The position numbers and the translations under genes are program-made. A stretch of DNA of 64,000 nucleotides from Eledone cirrhosa. Its lineage: Eukaryota. Positions 1 to 13,469 of the stretch are shown in pieces; position 1 is the first letter of the stretch, and each line of letters starts with the position of its first letter. The notes under the pieces are model-generated. The model was not told where the DNA came from, searched no databases, and saw only the letters and a list, made by a program, of their open reading frames with translations. Where the stretch lies: positions 370,140,001 through 370,204,000 of the forward strand of contig OZ024742.1 of NCBI GenBank assembly GCA_964016885.1, read 5' to 3'.

Positions 1-119
1 AAAAGAGAAAGGGGAGAGTTAGAGAGAGAAAAGAGGAAGGGGAGAGTTAGAGAGAGAAAAGAGGAAGGGGAGAGCTAGAGAGAGAAAAGAGAAAGGGGGG
101 GGGGGAGAGAGAGAGAGAT
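1..119. repeat. AG-rich compound microsatellite
   Basis: Purine-only runs with a repeated agagagagaaaagaggaaggggagagtt unit. Confidence 0.9.
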
Positions 120-349
120 GTATTTCAAATATTAGTGAGAAATATATTTAGTAGAGATGACAGATCCGGAACAATAGCCAAACTACAGAGAACAAGAATT
201 GATAGAAGTGAGAGGTGTGTGAGGGGGGAAGGAAGAGTGATAGAAGTGTTATGAGATATTTTCATCTCAACATATGGCAACAAGCTAAAGGACTGGTGGG
301 TGAGAAAGAGAGAGAATCACCTTTTGTTGTGAAATTTTTACCTTAAATT

Positions 350-665
350 CATCATCATCATCATTTAACGTCCATCTTCCACGCTTGCATGGGTTTGGAC
401 GGGAATTGTCCCACTTGAGGCAAGATTGGTTATCTTGCTCGCATAGGACTGTCTGGCGGGTTTTCTACGGCTGGATGCCCTTCCTAACACCAACCACGTT
501 TACAGTGTGGACTGGGAGGTTTTTACAGTGTTACCTACACGGCCACATTACAGCGTGGACTGTGTGGTTTTGTTGTGACACCTACACAACCTCATTTATT
601 TAGGACTGGATGTTGTGGTACCAACATAGCTTTACATTGAAAGGGGTAATGTGGATGGGGTGGGG
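350..665 (-). mobile_element. Short 3'-end copy of the RTE LINE (3' UTR plus (GAT)n tail)
   Basis: Nearly identical to 22199-22520, which is contiguous with the RTE ORF. On the minus strand it ends ...cccatgcaagcgtggaagatggacgttaaatgatgatgatgatg. Confidence 0.8.
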
Positions 666-983
666 GTAGTGGGAGGGGTGTGTATTAAATTCTTCCATAT
701 ATCCCAAAAGACAAACTACTGTTAGTCTGGGACGATGATATACTCTTCCTCTTCCTCATATATATGGTGGCACAGACAGACATAATTGTAGATAGAGATA
801 AACCTAACCAGTTGCCAGTTTTAGTATCTGGTCACTAGTCTTGGCTGTCTTTGACAGAGGTTACAAGCTATTGGCAAGGGGGGGGGGGTCAAGGATAGTT
901 TCCCCCCCCCCCCCCCCCCTCTCACTTTTACCAAACTTAAAATCTTTGAAAAAGAAATACAGGACTAAGCTTCAAATAAAAAG

Positions 984-1240
984 ATGTCCTTCCTAACACC
1001 AAACACTTTACAGTGTGGACTGGGTACTTTTGTCATGACACCTACATGACCACATTACAGTGTGAACTGGGTACTTTTGTCATGACACCTACCTGACCAC
1101 ATTACAGTATGGACTGGGTACTTTTGTCATGACACCTTCATGACCACATTACAGTGTGGACTGGGAGCTCCTTGTGGCACCAAAATTGACCACTTTACTG
1201 TGTGGACTGGAGACTTATTGTTGTAGCACCAAAACTGATC
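984..1240 (-). repeat. ~47-bp minisatellite (~5 copies) derived from an RTE 3' UTR segment
   Basis: Unit cacattacagtgtggactgggtacttttgtcatgacacctacatgac, preceded by gatgtccttcctaacacca as in 474-560. Confidence 0.8.
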
Positions 1241-1335
1241 TCTTTATTACAATATCTCTGCTGATTATCTGACTGACAGTGAAGATTTCCTCACCAAGAC
1301 ATCAGAGTAAATCGATCAAGTTCCTTTAACAGACA

Positions 1336-1612
1336 TTGGGGTGCCACTCTAGACATTTGACAGAGTCCATCATGATATGGGCCTTAGAAATACTGGTAGA
1401 GCCAGTCATTAGGGTGCCACACAAGACGTTTGAAAATATGTCCATCATGACATTTCAGTGAGCTTTATAGATGCTTGGTGGTACCCACCTCCCCATAACT
1501 GGTAGACTGTAGTTAGGGTGCCACTGGGGTAGCTAGGAGTTGGGGTGTCACTCTACATGTTTGACATTATGGTTTCTCAGTGGCCTTCAGAAATACTTGA
1601 TGATACCCTTCT
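1336..1612. repeat. Old degenerate tandem repeat
   Basis: gggtgccac/gggtgtcac motif occurs 4 times, with shared downstream tttga and gtccatcatga pieces. Confidence 0.5.
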
Positions 1613-1622
1613 CCCTTTGTAG

Positions 1623-2383
1623 TGGTAGATGGTAGTGGTGGTGATGGTGGTGGTGATGATAGTGGTAGTGGTGATGGAGGTGGCGGTGATGGTGGTGGTG
1701 GTGATGATAGTGGTGGTGGTGATGATAGTGGTGGTGGTGGTGATGATAGTGGTGGTGGTGATAGTGGTGGTAGGGGTAGTAGTAGTGGTGATGGTGGTGA
1801 TAGTGGTGGTAGGGGTAGTAGTAGTGGTGATGGTGGTGTTGGTGGTGGTGTTGGTGGTGGTGTTGGTGTTGGTGTCGGTGTCGGTGTCGGTGGTGGTGTT
1901 GGTGGTGGTATTGGTGTTGGTGGTGTTGGAGGTGTTGGTGGTGGTGTTGGTGGTGGTGTTGGTGGTGGTGTTGGTGGTGGTGTTGGTGGTGGTGGTGGTG
2001 GTGGTGGTGTTGGTGGTGGTGTTGGTGGTGGTGTTGGTGGTGGTGTTGGTGGTGGTGTTGGTGGTGGTGTTGGTGGTGGTGTTGGTGTTGGTGGTGGTGG
2101 TGGTGGTGGTGGTGTTGGTGGTGGTGTTGGTGGTGGCGGTGGTGGTGGTGGTGTTGGTGGTGGTGGTGGTGGTGGTGGTGGTGTTGGTGGTGGTGTTGGT
2201 GGTGGTGTTGGTGGTGGTGTTGGTGGTGGTGTTGGTGGTGGTGTTGGTGGTGGTGTTAGTGGTGGTGTTAGTGGTGGTGGTGGTGTTAGTGGTGGTGTTA
2301 GTGGTGGTGGTGGTGGTGTTAGTGGTGGTAGTGTTGGTAGTGTTGGTGGTGGTAGTGGTGGTGTTGGTGGTAGTGGTGGTGGT
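1623..2383. repeat. (GGT)n microsatellite with GTT/GAT/AGT interruptions
   Basis: Direct reading; the poly-Gly and poly-Val ORFs are artefacts of it. Confidence 0.95.
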
Positions 2384-2923
2384 AATGTAATGTAGGTGAG
2401 AAAGAAAGGAGAGGGAGAGAGAGTAGAGAATAGAGAGAGTGGAGAGCGAGAGAGAGACAGAAGGTGAAGGTGTAGCTATAGAATAAAATATTAGTGTACC
2501 ACTGCCATCAATGACAGCAGGTAATTACTGTGTGTTGAACTTTTAGAATCCAACATTAGGACTACTGACTATATCAACAAACAGGCAAACAGATATTTGT
2601 GTTTTGATAAATCTATGGTTTGCATAAGAGAATCCCTATAGTTTATGTTGATTACTGACGCATGAAAGTGATTAAAGATAAAAATGATATTTCAATTTAT
2701 TTCTAGAATATAATTACATAAATGTTCAGAATATATTAAGAAATGACATACAGGATTAATATGTAAGTTTGGAGAAATATCTATTTACAGGGACAAATGT
2801 AGGGTTAGAACCTAGGACCTTGTTGGAAAAGGAACTTATTTTTGTAGCAATATGACTGAGATAGGAAATGAATGTGTATATGTATAAATTTTATAGAGTT
2901 ACAGATGAATATATATATATATA

Positions 2924-3405
2924 CTAGCAGTGGTACTCGGCGTTGCACGGGATAAGGTATTTTGGAACGCGGACCGCCAACAGACCTAATCGTGGAAAAA
3001 CTGCATGCCTGGACAATATATAAAGAAAATATACCGAATACTCTGATGGCTGGATAATGTAAGATTTTCCTCGATGAGCAGGAAAAAGGCAGGTTTTCAC
3101 CTAAGCCATAAAAAGTTGGATCTTCTTTGCTCACGGTATGAAGAAGAGACTGACTAATACATAGTTACAATTTCAAGGAAATCGGTCTCACGTAACGCCT
3201 GAAAAAACCCCTAAAAAGCTGGAAAAAAAAACGCAGTTTTTCACCTAATACGGGCCCTAGGGGATCAAAAATGTTATGTGCATAACACTCCTTGAAATAT
3301 AAGTAATACACGTGTAAAGTTTGATAAAGATCGGTTGGGTACTTCTCGGGTTTCACACACACACACACACACACAACCTTCCTCAGTTTTATATATATAT
3401 ATAGA
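2924..3405 (-). mobile_element. Non-autonomous Helitron
   Basis: Minus strand starts A|TCTATATATATATAAAACTGAGG..(GT)n and ends cccgtgcaacgccgagtaccactgCTAG|T. This gives 5'-TC, a subterminal GC hairpin, 3'-CTAG and an AT target. Confidence 0.75.
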
Positions 3406-3888
3406 TTAAAATAACAGATTAAAGTTTAAGCAAAGAATCGTTGCTTTCACCCTTAAATGGGATCTTCTGAAACTAAAAACATCAATCTGTGAAAGCAGAA
3501 GTAAATATTTTGAAAAATGTTGCAACCGAAGGAAAACAGGAAGACGATACTTTGGTTCGTGAAGACGTTCCCTGGCAATGAACGGATAATAGCGAACATA
3601 ATACGTTATCAATGTTCATCAGAATGTCGTAATGCAGACAGCCAGGCATACAGACAGATATTATAAGAGCGCGACGGAGATGGATAACCGGCGCCTAACA
3701 CCCCTTTAACAACAGAACATTGAAAAATAAAAGCTGCAGTCAATATCTTTACAGCGCAAGGAATATATAAATGTAAGTTTGAAGTCAACCAGAGTAGGAA
3801 TGTGGATTTGTATAGACTTTTCAAAAATGAGGACAGACACAGACACACACACACACACACACACAGACATCAGTTTTATATATATAGA
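3406..3888 (-). mobile_element. Second Helitron-like element, 5' portion
   Basis: Minus strand starts TCTATATATATAAAACTGATGTCTG(TG)n, the same 5' terminus type as 3405. Its 3' limit is not clear. Confidence 0.55.
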
Positions 3889-4229
3889 CTAGCAGAAAAC
3901 CACCTGGTGGGCAGTTTTCTGCTAGCAAATCTAGTGTATATACTGATATTGTTGAGATTTGGATGAGAAATGTTTTCGGCACCACATGTTCACCGTCTCT
4001 CGGTGTGTCTTTTATGCATGTATAAATATATATGTTATCTATACGGTGAAATCTTTGAAATAAATATATGTTAAAACGAAAAAGGAGAAAAAGAGATTAG
4101 TGACGGAAATATAAACGTTATGATACATAAACGTTATGATATAACGATGGAAATATATCTTCAAATGGTCCTTGGCATGGTGTCAAGTCAGAACCGCCTC
4201 GAACTGGTTACTTCTGGCTTGTGCAAGGT

Positions 4230-4243
4230 GTCTCTATAGCAAC
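4230..4243. promoter_or_regulatory. Candidate RFX X-box
   Basis: GTCTCTATAGCAAC fits GTHNYYATRRNAAC. It lies in unique sequence ~50 bp upstream of GAAG|GTAAT donor-like sites at 4291 and 4318. Confidence 0.3.
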
Positions 4244-4503
4244 CAGTGATTCCCTCAGCCTCAGTGACCAAAGTCAGTGGAGAGGGGAAGGTAATGTTTC
4301 TATAAAGGAAGGGGAAGGTAATATTTCTGTAGCACGTGTTTTAGCGTCTATTCACTCTCTCTCTCCCGCTATCCCCCTCTCGTAGTCTGTCTCTTTCCTT
4401 CACTCTCACTCTCTCTCTACGCACGTGTTTCCACTGTCGGACAGACAGACAGAGAAATTGCTGGTTATATATATAAGTAGATATATATATAGTAATAATA
4501 ATA

Positions 4504-4651
4504 ATTGTTTCTACTTTTGGCACAAGGCCAGCAATAATCCCAGTGTATTACTGGTACTTTATTTTATCGATCTCGTAAGGATGAAAGGCAAAGTTAGCCT
4601 CGGCGGGATTTGAACTCAGATCGTAAAGGGCCGTAACTATGTTGCAAAGCA
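4504..4651 (-). mobile_element. tRNA-derived SINE fragment (family A)
   Basis: ggcacaaggcc...actggtactttattttatcga...aaggatgaaaggcaaag...gatttgaactcag; minus strand carries B-box-like gagttcaaatc; shared with 17108-17280 and 25727-25942. Confidence 0.7.
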
Positions 4652-4906
4652 ATAATAATAATAATATATATCAAGGAAACAAAAAACGTAGAAATAAGAG
4701 CATGCATCAACATAAAGTATTAGTTTCACGTTTACAAGAAAGAGTGAGTTACATAGTCAACATATTGAATAAATATACACACACACACACATGTGGTATA
4801 GTATTGATGTAAATAATAAATATGGAAGCCTATAATAAAATATAAAAATAGGAAGAATCTAGATTTGATTCTACATAATATAGGTTTGGAAACAGAAACC
4901 CCCACA

Positions 4907-7900
4907 TACAGGCAACATGTACAGGTAACATGTACAGGCAACATGTACAGGTAACATGTACAGGCAACATGTACAGGTAACACGTACAGGCAACATGTAC
5001 AGGTAACATGTACAGGCAACATGTACAGGTAACACGTACAGGCAACATGTACAGGCAACATGTACAGGTAACATGTACAGGCAACATGTACAGGTAACAC
5101 GTACAGGCAACATGTACAGGTAACATGTACAGGTAACACGTACAGGAAACATGTACAGGTAACATGTACAGGAAACATGTACAGGTAACATGTACAGGTA
5201 ACATGTACAGGCAACACGTACAGGCAACATGTACAGGTAACACGTACAGGTAACATGTACAGGTAACATGTACAGGTAACATGTACAGGTAACATGTACA
5301 GGAAACACGTACAGGCAACACGTACAGGCAACATGTACAGGTAACATGTACAGGCAACACGTACAGGCAACACGTACAGGTAACACGTACAGGTACCATG
5401 TACAGGTAACATGTACAGGAAACATGTACAGGTAACACGTACAGGTAACATGTACAGGTAACATGTACAGGTAACATGTACAGGTAACATGTACAGGAAA
5501 CACGTACAGGCAACACGTACAGGCAACATGTACAGGTAACACGTACAGGTAACATGTACAGGTAACATGTACAGGTAACATGTACAGGAAACATGTACAG
5601 GAAACATGTACAGGCAACATGTACAGGCAACATGTACAGGCAACATGTACAGGTAACATGTAAAGGTAACACGTACAGGTAACATGTACAGGTTATATGT
5701 ACAGGCAACATGTACAGGTAACACGTACAGGCAACACGTACAGGTAACATGTACAGGTAACATGTACAGGTAACATGTACAGGCAACACGTACAGGTAAC
5801 ACGTACAGGTTTCATGTACAGGCAACATGTACAGGTAACATGTACAGGCAACACGTACAGGTTTCATGTACAGGCAACATGTACAGGTAACATGTACAGG
5901 TAACATGTACAGGTAACACGTACAGGTAACATGTACAGGTAACATGTACAGGAAACATGTACAGGTAACATGTACAGGTAACATGTACAGGTAACATGTA
6001 CAGGTAACATGTACAGGAAACACGTACAGGCAACACGTACAGGCAACATGTACAGGTAACATGTACAGGCAACATGTACAGGTAACACGTACAGGTAACA
6101 TGTACAGGTAACATGTACAGGAAACATGTACAGGAAACATGTACAGGCAACATGTACAGGCAACATGTACAGGTAACATGTACAGGTAACACGTACAGGT
6201 AACATGTACAGGTTATATGTACAGGCAACATGTACAGGTAACACGTACAGGCAACACGTACAGGTAACATGTACAGGTAACATGTACAGGCAACACGTAC
6301 AGGTTTCATGTACAGGCAACACGTACAGGTTTCATGTACAGGCAACATGTACAGGTAACATGTACAGGTAACACGTACAGGTAACATGTACAGGTAACAT
6401 GTACAGGAAACATGTACAGGTAACATGTACAGGTAACATGTACAGGTAACATGTACAGGTAACACGTACAGGTAACATGTACAGGCAACACGTACAGGTA
6501 ACACGTACAGGTAACATGTACAGGCAACATGTACAGGTAACATGTACAGGCAACATGTACAGGCAACACGTACAGGTAACATGTACAGGTAACACGTACA
6601 GGCAACACGTACAGGTAACATGTACAGGCAACACGTACAGGTAACACGTACAGGTAACATGTACAGGAAACATGTACAGGTAACATGTACAGGAAACATG
6701 TACAGGTAACATGTACAGGAAACATGTACAGGTAACACGTACAGGTAACATGTACAGGTAACACGTACAGGTAACATGTACAGGTAACATGTACAGGTAA
6801 CATGTACAGGCAACATGTACAGGCAACATGTACAGGAAACATGTACAGGTAACACGTACAGGTAACATGTACAGGTAACACGTACAGGCAACATGTACAG
6901 GCAACACGTACAGGCAACACGTACAGGTAACACGTACAGGCAACATGTACAGGTAACATGTACAGGTAACATGTACAGGTAACATGTACAGGCAACATGT
7001 ACAGGTAACACGTACAGGTAACATGTACAGGTAACACGTACAGGTAACATGTACAGGTTATATGTACAGGCAACATGTACAGGTAACACGTACAGGCAAC
7101 ACGTACAGGTAACATGTACAGGTAACATGTACAGGTAACATGTACAGGTAACATGTACAGGCAACACGTACAGGTAACACGTACAGGTTTCATGTACAGG
7201 CAACATGTACAGGTAACATGTACAGGCAACACGTACAGGTAACACGTACAGGTTTCATGTACAGGCAACATGTACAGGTAACATGTACAGGTAACATGTA
7301 CAGGAAACATGTACAGGCAACACGTACAGGTAACATGTACAGGTAACATGTACAGGTAACACGTACAGGTAACATGTACAGGCAACACGTACAGGTAACA
7401 CGTACAGGTAACATGTACAGGTAACATGTACAGGTAACATGTACAGGTAACATGTACAGGAAACATGTACAGGCAACACGTACAGGTAACATGTACAGGT
7501 AACACGTACAGGCAACACGTACAGGTAACATGTACAGGCAACATGTACAGGTAACACGTACAGGTAACATGTACAGGAAACATGTACAGGTAACATGTAC
7601 AGGAAACATGTACAGGTAACATGTACAGGCAACATGTACAGGAAACATGTACAGGTAACACGTACAGGTAACATGTACAGGTAACACGTACAGGTAACAC
7701 GTACAGGTAACATGTACAGGCAACATGTACAGGCAACATGTACAGGAAACATGTACAGGTAACACGTACAGGTAACATGTACAGGTAACACGTACAGGCA
7801 ACATGTACAGGCAACACGTACAGGTAACATGTACAGGTAACACGTACAGGCAACACGTACAGGCAACACGTACAGGTAACATGTACAGGCAACATGTACA

Positions 7901-8581
7901 GGCAACACGTACAGGTAACATGTACAGGTAACATGTAAAGGCAACACGTACAGGCAACACGTACAGGTAACATGTACAGGTAACATGTACAGGCAACATG
8001 TACAGGCAACACGTACAGGTAACATGTACAGGTAACATGTACAGGCAACATGTACAGGCAACACGTACAGGTAACACGTACAGGCAACACGTACAGGTAA
8101 CATGTACAGGCAACATGTACAGGTAACACGTACAGGTAACATGTACAGGAAACATGTACAGGTAACATGTACAGGAAACATGTACAGGTAACATGTACAG
8201 GCAACATGTACAGGAAACATGTACAGGTAACACGTACAGGTAACACGTACAGGTAACATGTACAGGTAACACGTACAGGCAACATGTACAGGCAACACGT
8301 ACAGGTAACATGTACAGGTAACACGTACAGGCAACACGTACAGGCAACACGTACAGGCAACACGTACAGGTAATATGTACAGGCAACATGTACAGGCAAC
8401 ACGTACAGGTAACATGTACAGGTAACATGTAAAGGCAACACGTACAGGCAACACGTACAGGTAACATGTACAGGTAACATGTACAGGCAACATGTACAGG
8501 CAACACGTACAGGTAACATGTACAGGTAACACGTACAGGTAACATGTACAGGAAACATGTACAGGCAACATGTACAGGTAC
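4907..8581. repeat. 13-bp satellite TACAGG(T/C/A)AACA(T/C)G, ~280 copies
   Basis: Unbroken 13-bp period; explains the MLPVHVTCTCYLY ORFs. Confidence 0.97.
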
Positions 8582-8671
8582 ACATCACATATGTATGATA
8601 CATAGCTAGCCATGTGCCACATATTTAACACATACAGACAACATACACACATGGAAATAGAATGGCAGTAT

Positions 8672-10672
8672 ATGGTGGTGGTAGTGGTGGTTGTAGGGTG
8701 TGTGGTGGAGACGGTGGTGGTAGTGGTGACGGTAGGGTGTATGGTGGTGATGGTGGTTGTAGGGTGTATGGTGGTGATGGTGGTTGTAGGGTGTATGGTG
8801 GTGATGGTGGTTGTAGGGTGTATGGTGGTGATGGTGGTAATGGTGGTTGTAGGGTGTATGGTGGTGATGGTGGTTGTAGGTAGGGTGTGTGGTGGTGATG
8901 GTGGTTGTAGGTAGGGTGTGTGGTGGTGATGGTGGTTGTAGGTAGGGTGTATGGTGGTGGTGATGGTGGTTGTAGGTGTATGGTGGTGGTGATGGTGGTT
9001 GTAGGGTGTGTGGTGGTGGTGATGGTGGTTGTAGGTGTGTGGTGGTGGTGATGGTGGTTGTAGGGTGTGTGGTGGTGATGGTGGTTGTAGGGTGTGTGGT
9101 GGTGATGGTGGTTGTAGGGTGTATGGTGGTGATGGTGGTTGTAGGTAGTGTGTGTGGTGGTGATGGTGGTTGTAGGGTGTGTGGTGGTGGTGATGGTGGT
9201 TGTAGGGTGTATGGTGGTGATGGTGGTAATGGTGACGGTAGGGTGTGTGGTGGTGATGGTGGTTGTAGGTAGGGTGTGTGGTGGTGATGGTGGTTGTAGG
9301 TAGGGTGTGTGGTGGTGATGGTGGTTGTAGGTAGGGTGTGTGGTGGTGATGGTGGTTGTAGGTAGGGTGTGTGGTGGTGATGGTGGTTGTAGGTAGGGTG
9401 TGTGGTGGTGATGGTGGTTGTAGGTAGGGTGTGTGGTGGTGATGGTGGTTGTAGGGTGTATGGTGGTGGTGATGGTGGTTGTAGGTAGGGTGTGTGGTGG
9501 TGGTGATGGTGGTTGTAGGTAGGGTGTGTGGTGGTGGTGATGGTGGTTGTAGGGTGTATGGTGGTGATGGTGGTTGTAGGTAGGGTGTATGGTGGTGGTG
9601 ATGGTGGTTGTAGGTAGGGTGTGTGGTGGTGGTGATGGTGGTTGTAGGGTGTATGGTGGTGATGGTGGTTGTAGGTAGGGTGTGTGGTGGTGATGGTGGT
9701 TGTAGGTAGGGTGTATGGTGGTGGTGATGGTGGTTGTAGGGTGTATGGTGGTGATGGTGGTTGTAGGGTGTATGGTGGTGATGGTGGTTGTAGGTAGGGT
9801 GTATGGTGGTGGTGATGGTGGTTGTAGGGTGTGTGGTGGTGGTGATGGTGGTTGTAGGTAGTGTGTATGGTGGTGGTGATGGTGGTTGTAGGTAGGGTGT
9901 ATGGTGGTGATGGTTGTAGGGTGTATGGTGGTGGTGATGGTTGTAGGTAGTGTGTGTGGTGGTGATGGTGGTTGTAGGTAGGGTGTATGGTGGTGATGGT
10001 TGTAGGGTGTATGGTGGTGATGGTGGTTGTGTATGGTGGTGATGGTGGTTGTAGGGTGTATGGTGGTAGTGATGGTGGTTGTAGGTGTATGGTGGTAGTG
10101 ATGGTGGTTGTAGGTGTGGTGATGGTGGTCGTAGGGTGTATGGTGGTGGTGGTGGTTGTAGGGTGTATGGTGGTGGTGGTGGTAGGTCTGTGGTGGTGGT
10201 GGTGGTAGGTGTGTGGTGGTGGTGGTGGTAGGTGTGTGGTGGTGGTAGGTGTGTATTGGTGGTGATAGGTGTGTGGTGGTGGTAGTAGGTGTGTAGTGGT
10301 GGTAGGTGTGTAGTGGTGGTGATAGGTGTGTGGTGGTGGTGGTAGGTGTGTGGTGGTGGTAGGTGTGTGGTGGTGGTAGGTGTGTGGTGGTGGTAGGTGT
10401 GTATTGGTGGTGATAGGTGTGTGGTGGTGGTAGTAGGTGTGTAGTGGTGGTAGGTGTGTAGTGGTGGTGATAGGTGTGTGGTGGTGGTGGTAGGTGTGTG
10501 GTGGTGGTAGGTGTGTGGTGGTGGTAGGTGTGTATTGGTGGTGATAGGTGTGTGGTGGTGGTAGTAGGTGTGGTGGTGGTGGTAGGTGTGTAGTGGTGGT
10601 GATAGGTGTGTGGTGGTGGTGGTGGTGGTGGTAGGTGTGTGGTGGTGGTAGGTGTGTGGTGGTGGCAGTGGT
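8672..10672. repeat. GGT-based minisatellite (units ~24-31 bp, e.g. gtagggtgtatggtggtgatggtggtt)
   Basis: Direct reading; unit changes to ggtaggtgtgtggtggt after ~10190. Confidence 0.95.
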
Positions 10673-10734
10673 AAGTGATATATATATATTGGAGAAAAAA
10701 ATACAGTAAAACAGAAAAAAGCATATGTATATGT

Positions 10735-10877
10735 ATATTGCACATGTGTGCAGAGATGCATATATTGCACATGTGTGCAGAGATGCATATATTGCACATG
10801 TGTGCAGAGATGCATATATTGCACATGTGTGCAGAGATGCATATATTGCACATGTGTGCAGAGATGTATATATTGCC
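10735..10877. repeat. 27-bp tandem repeat, ~5 copies
   Basis: atattgcacatgtgtgcagagatgcat, with internal inverted repeat tgcaca-tg-tgtgca. Confidence 0.9.
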
Positions 10878-11040
10878 ATTGAAACATGTAGCCTGATAAC
10901 CAAGTTAAAAATATATGGAAGAGGTACACATATAAGCAGTTTTAAAGATATGCATTCATCTGTACATGTATGCTTACACATATACATCCTCACATACATA
11001 ATATATATATATATACAGACATATACAATATAACGTGTAT

Positions 11041-11073
<33 letters not shown>

Positions 11074-11348
11074 GTATAAATTCATAATATATGTGTTTGT
11101 GCGTATATACATGTATAATTTATATATAATATATATATGTAATCAATACAAACTTAATTGATTTATTATTAATATTGATTTTTTCCCTATTCATTATTGT
11201 TGCAGCTGTTGTTGTAGAAGCTATCAATAATTAGATTTTCTCTTCATTACATAAAAGTTACAACAGATAACATTCCAAGTATATTGTGTCAAGTTGGAGT
11301 CAGACAATTGATAGAGATTGGAACTATTCAGATTCTTCTCTTATATAA

Positions 11349-12412
11349 CCCTCAAGTCACCACCAACACCACCGCCCTCAAGCCACCACCAACACCACCA
11401 CCGCCCTCAAGCCACCACCAACACCGCCCTCAAGTCACCACCACCACCACGACCGCCCTCAAGCCACCACCACCACCACGACCGCCCTCAAGCCACCACC
11501 AACACCACCACCGTCCTCAAGTCACCACCAACACCACCACCGTCCTCAAGTCACCACCAACACCACCGCCCTCAAGCCACCACCACCCTCAAGTCACCAC
11601 CACCACGACCGCCCTCAAGCCACCACCAACACCACCACCGCCCTCAAGTCACCACCACCACCACGACCGCCCTCAAGCCACCACCACCACCACGACCGCC
11701 CTCAAGCCACCACCAACACCACCACCGTCCTCAAGTCACCACCAACACCACCACCGTCCTCAAGTCACCACCAACACCACCACCCTCAAGCCACCACCAA
11801 CACCACCACCACCCTCAAGTCACCACCACCACCACGACCGCCCTCAAGCCACCACCACCACCACGACCGCCCTCAAGCCACCACCAACACCACCACCGTC
11901 CTCAAGTCACCACCAACACCACCACCGTCCTCAAGTCACCACCAACACCACCACCCTCAAGTCACCACCAACACCACCACCAACACCACCACCGTCCTCA
12001 AGTCACCACCAACACCACCGCCCTCAAGCCACCACCACCACCACCGCCCTCAAGCCACCACCAACACCACCGCCCTCAAGCCACCACCACCACGACCGCC
12101 CTCAAGCCACCACCAACACCACCACCGTCCTCAAGTCACCACCAACACCACCACCGTCCTCAAGTCACCACCAACACCACCGCCCTCAAGCCACCACCAC
12201 CACCACCGCCCTCAAGCCACCACCAACACCACCGCCCTCAAGCCACCACCAACACCACCGCCCTCAAGCCACCACCAACACCACCGCCCTCAAGCCACCA
12301 CCAACACCACCGCCCTCAAGTCACCAACACCACCGCCCTCAAGTCACCACCATCAAGTTACCACCAACACCACCATCCTCTTCCCCACCACCATCTTCCA
12401 CCTCCCCACCAT
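11349..12412. repeat. CCA-based minisatellite anchored by ccctcaag
   Basis: Units such as ccctcaagccaccaccaacaccaccg (about 20-40 bp). Confidence 0.95.
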
Positions 12413-12429
12413 CAGTTTGTTAAAACCAG

Positions 12430-12483
12430 GTTTCCATTGTCACACCTATTGTTAACATGGAATCAGATGAAATTGACAAAAAG
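12430..12483 (+). other. Candidate internal exon (VSIVTPIVNMESDEIDKK)
   Basis: ccag| 54 nt open in phase 0 |gtagat, a unique island between two repeats. The acceptor is weak and no homology is recognised. Confidence 0.2.
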
Positions 12484-12494
12484 GTAGATGCTAT

Positions 12495-13325
12495 GTTGGT
12501 GGAGTGTGGAGTGGTGTAGTGGTGTAGTGGAGTGGTAGAGTGTGGTGTGGTGGTGTGGTGGAGTGTAGGGTTGTGTGATGTGGTGTGGAGTGGTGTAGTG
12601 TGGTAGATGTGGTGTAGTTGAGTGTGGGGTGGAGTGGTGTTGGATGGTAGAGTGTGGAGTGGTGGTGGTGTGAAGTGGTGGAGTGGTGGTGGTGTGAAGT
12701 GGTGGAGTGTGGTGGAGTGTAGGGTTGTGTGATGTGGTGTGGTGTAGTGGGAGTGTGGCGTGGAGTGGTGTTGGGTGGTAGAGTGTGGTGTGAAGTGGTG
12801 GAGTGTGGTGTGGTGGAGTGTAGGGTTGTGTGATGTGGAGTGGAGTGGAGTGGAGTGGAGTGGAGTAGTGTGGTAGATGTGGTGTAGTGGAGTGTAGGGT
12901 GGTAGATGTGGGGTGTAGTGTAGGGTTGTGTGATATGTAGTGTGGTGTGGTGTAGGGTGGGGAGTGTAGTGTAGGGCTGTGTGATGTGTGGTGGGGAGTG
13001 TAGTGTAGGGCTGTGTGATGTGTGGTGTGGTGTAGGGTGAGGAGTGTAGTGTAGGGCTGTGTGATGTGTGGTGTGGTGTAGGGTGGGGAGTGTAGTGTAG
13101 GGCTGTGTGATGTGTGGTGTGCTGTAGGGTGGGGAGTGTAGTGTAGGGCTGTGTGATGTGTGGTGTGGTGTAGGGTGGGGAGTGTAGTGTAGGGCTGTGT
13201 GATGTGTGGTGTGGTGTAGTGTAGGGCTGTGTGATGTGTAGTGTGGTGTGGTGTAGGGAGTGTAGTGTAGGGCTGTGTAATATGTAGTGTGGTGTGGTGT
13301 AGTATAGGGTGGTAGATGTGGTGGA
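12495..13325. repeat. GT-rich degenerate minisatellite (gtgtg/gtgga/gtgta pentamers, ~44-bp higher unit)
   Basis: Direct reading. Confidence 0.9.
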
Positions 13326-13419
13326 GTGCAGCAGAGAGCTAGTGCACTTGACTTCAGAGCCACGCCATGTTGTGCCAGTGAGTTTGCAGATGTTCCTCGC
13401 ATTCACTCTGCACTGACCA

Positions 13420-13469
13420 CAGCATAATACTCTACCTGACTTCAGAAAAAGTCAGGTAGAGTATTGCTG
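13420..13469. other. Isolated hairpin, 17-bp perfect stem
   Basis: aatactctacctgactt-cagaaa-aagtcaggtagagtatt (13426-13465), extendable by cagc/gctg. Confidence 0.8.

Noticed and set aside
3590-3625. Minus-strand CTGATGA followed by a stem (hammerhead?)
   Set aside because: No GAAA, stem III or stem I partner.
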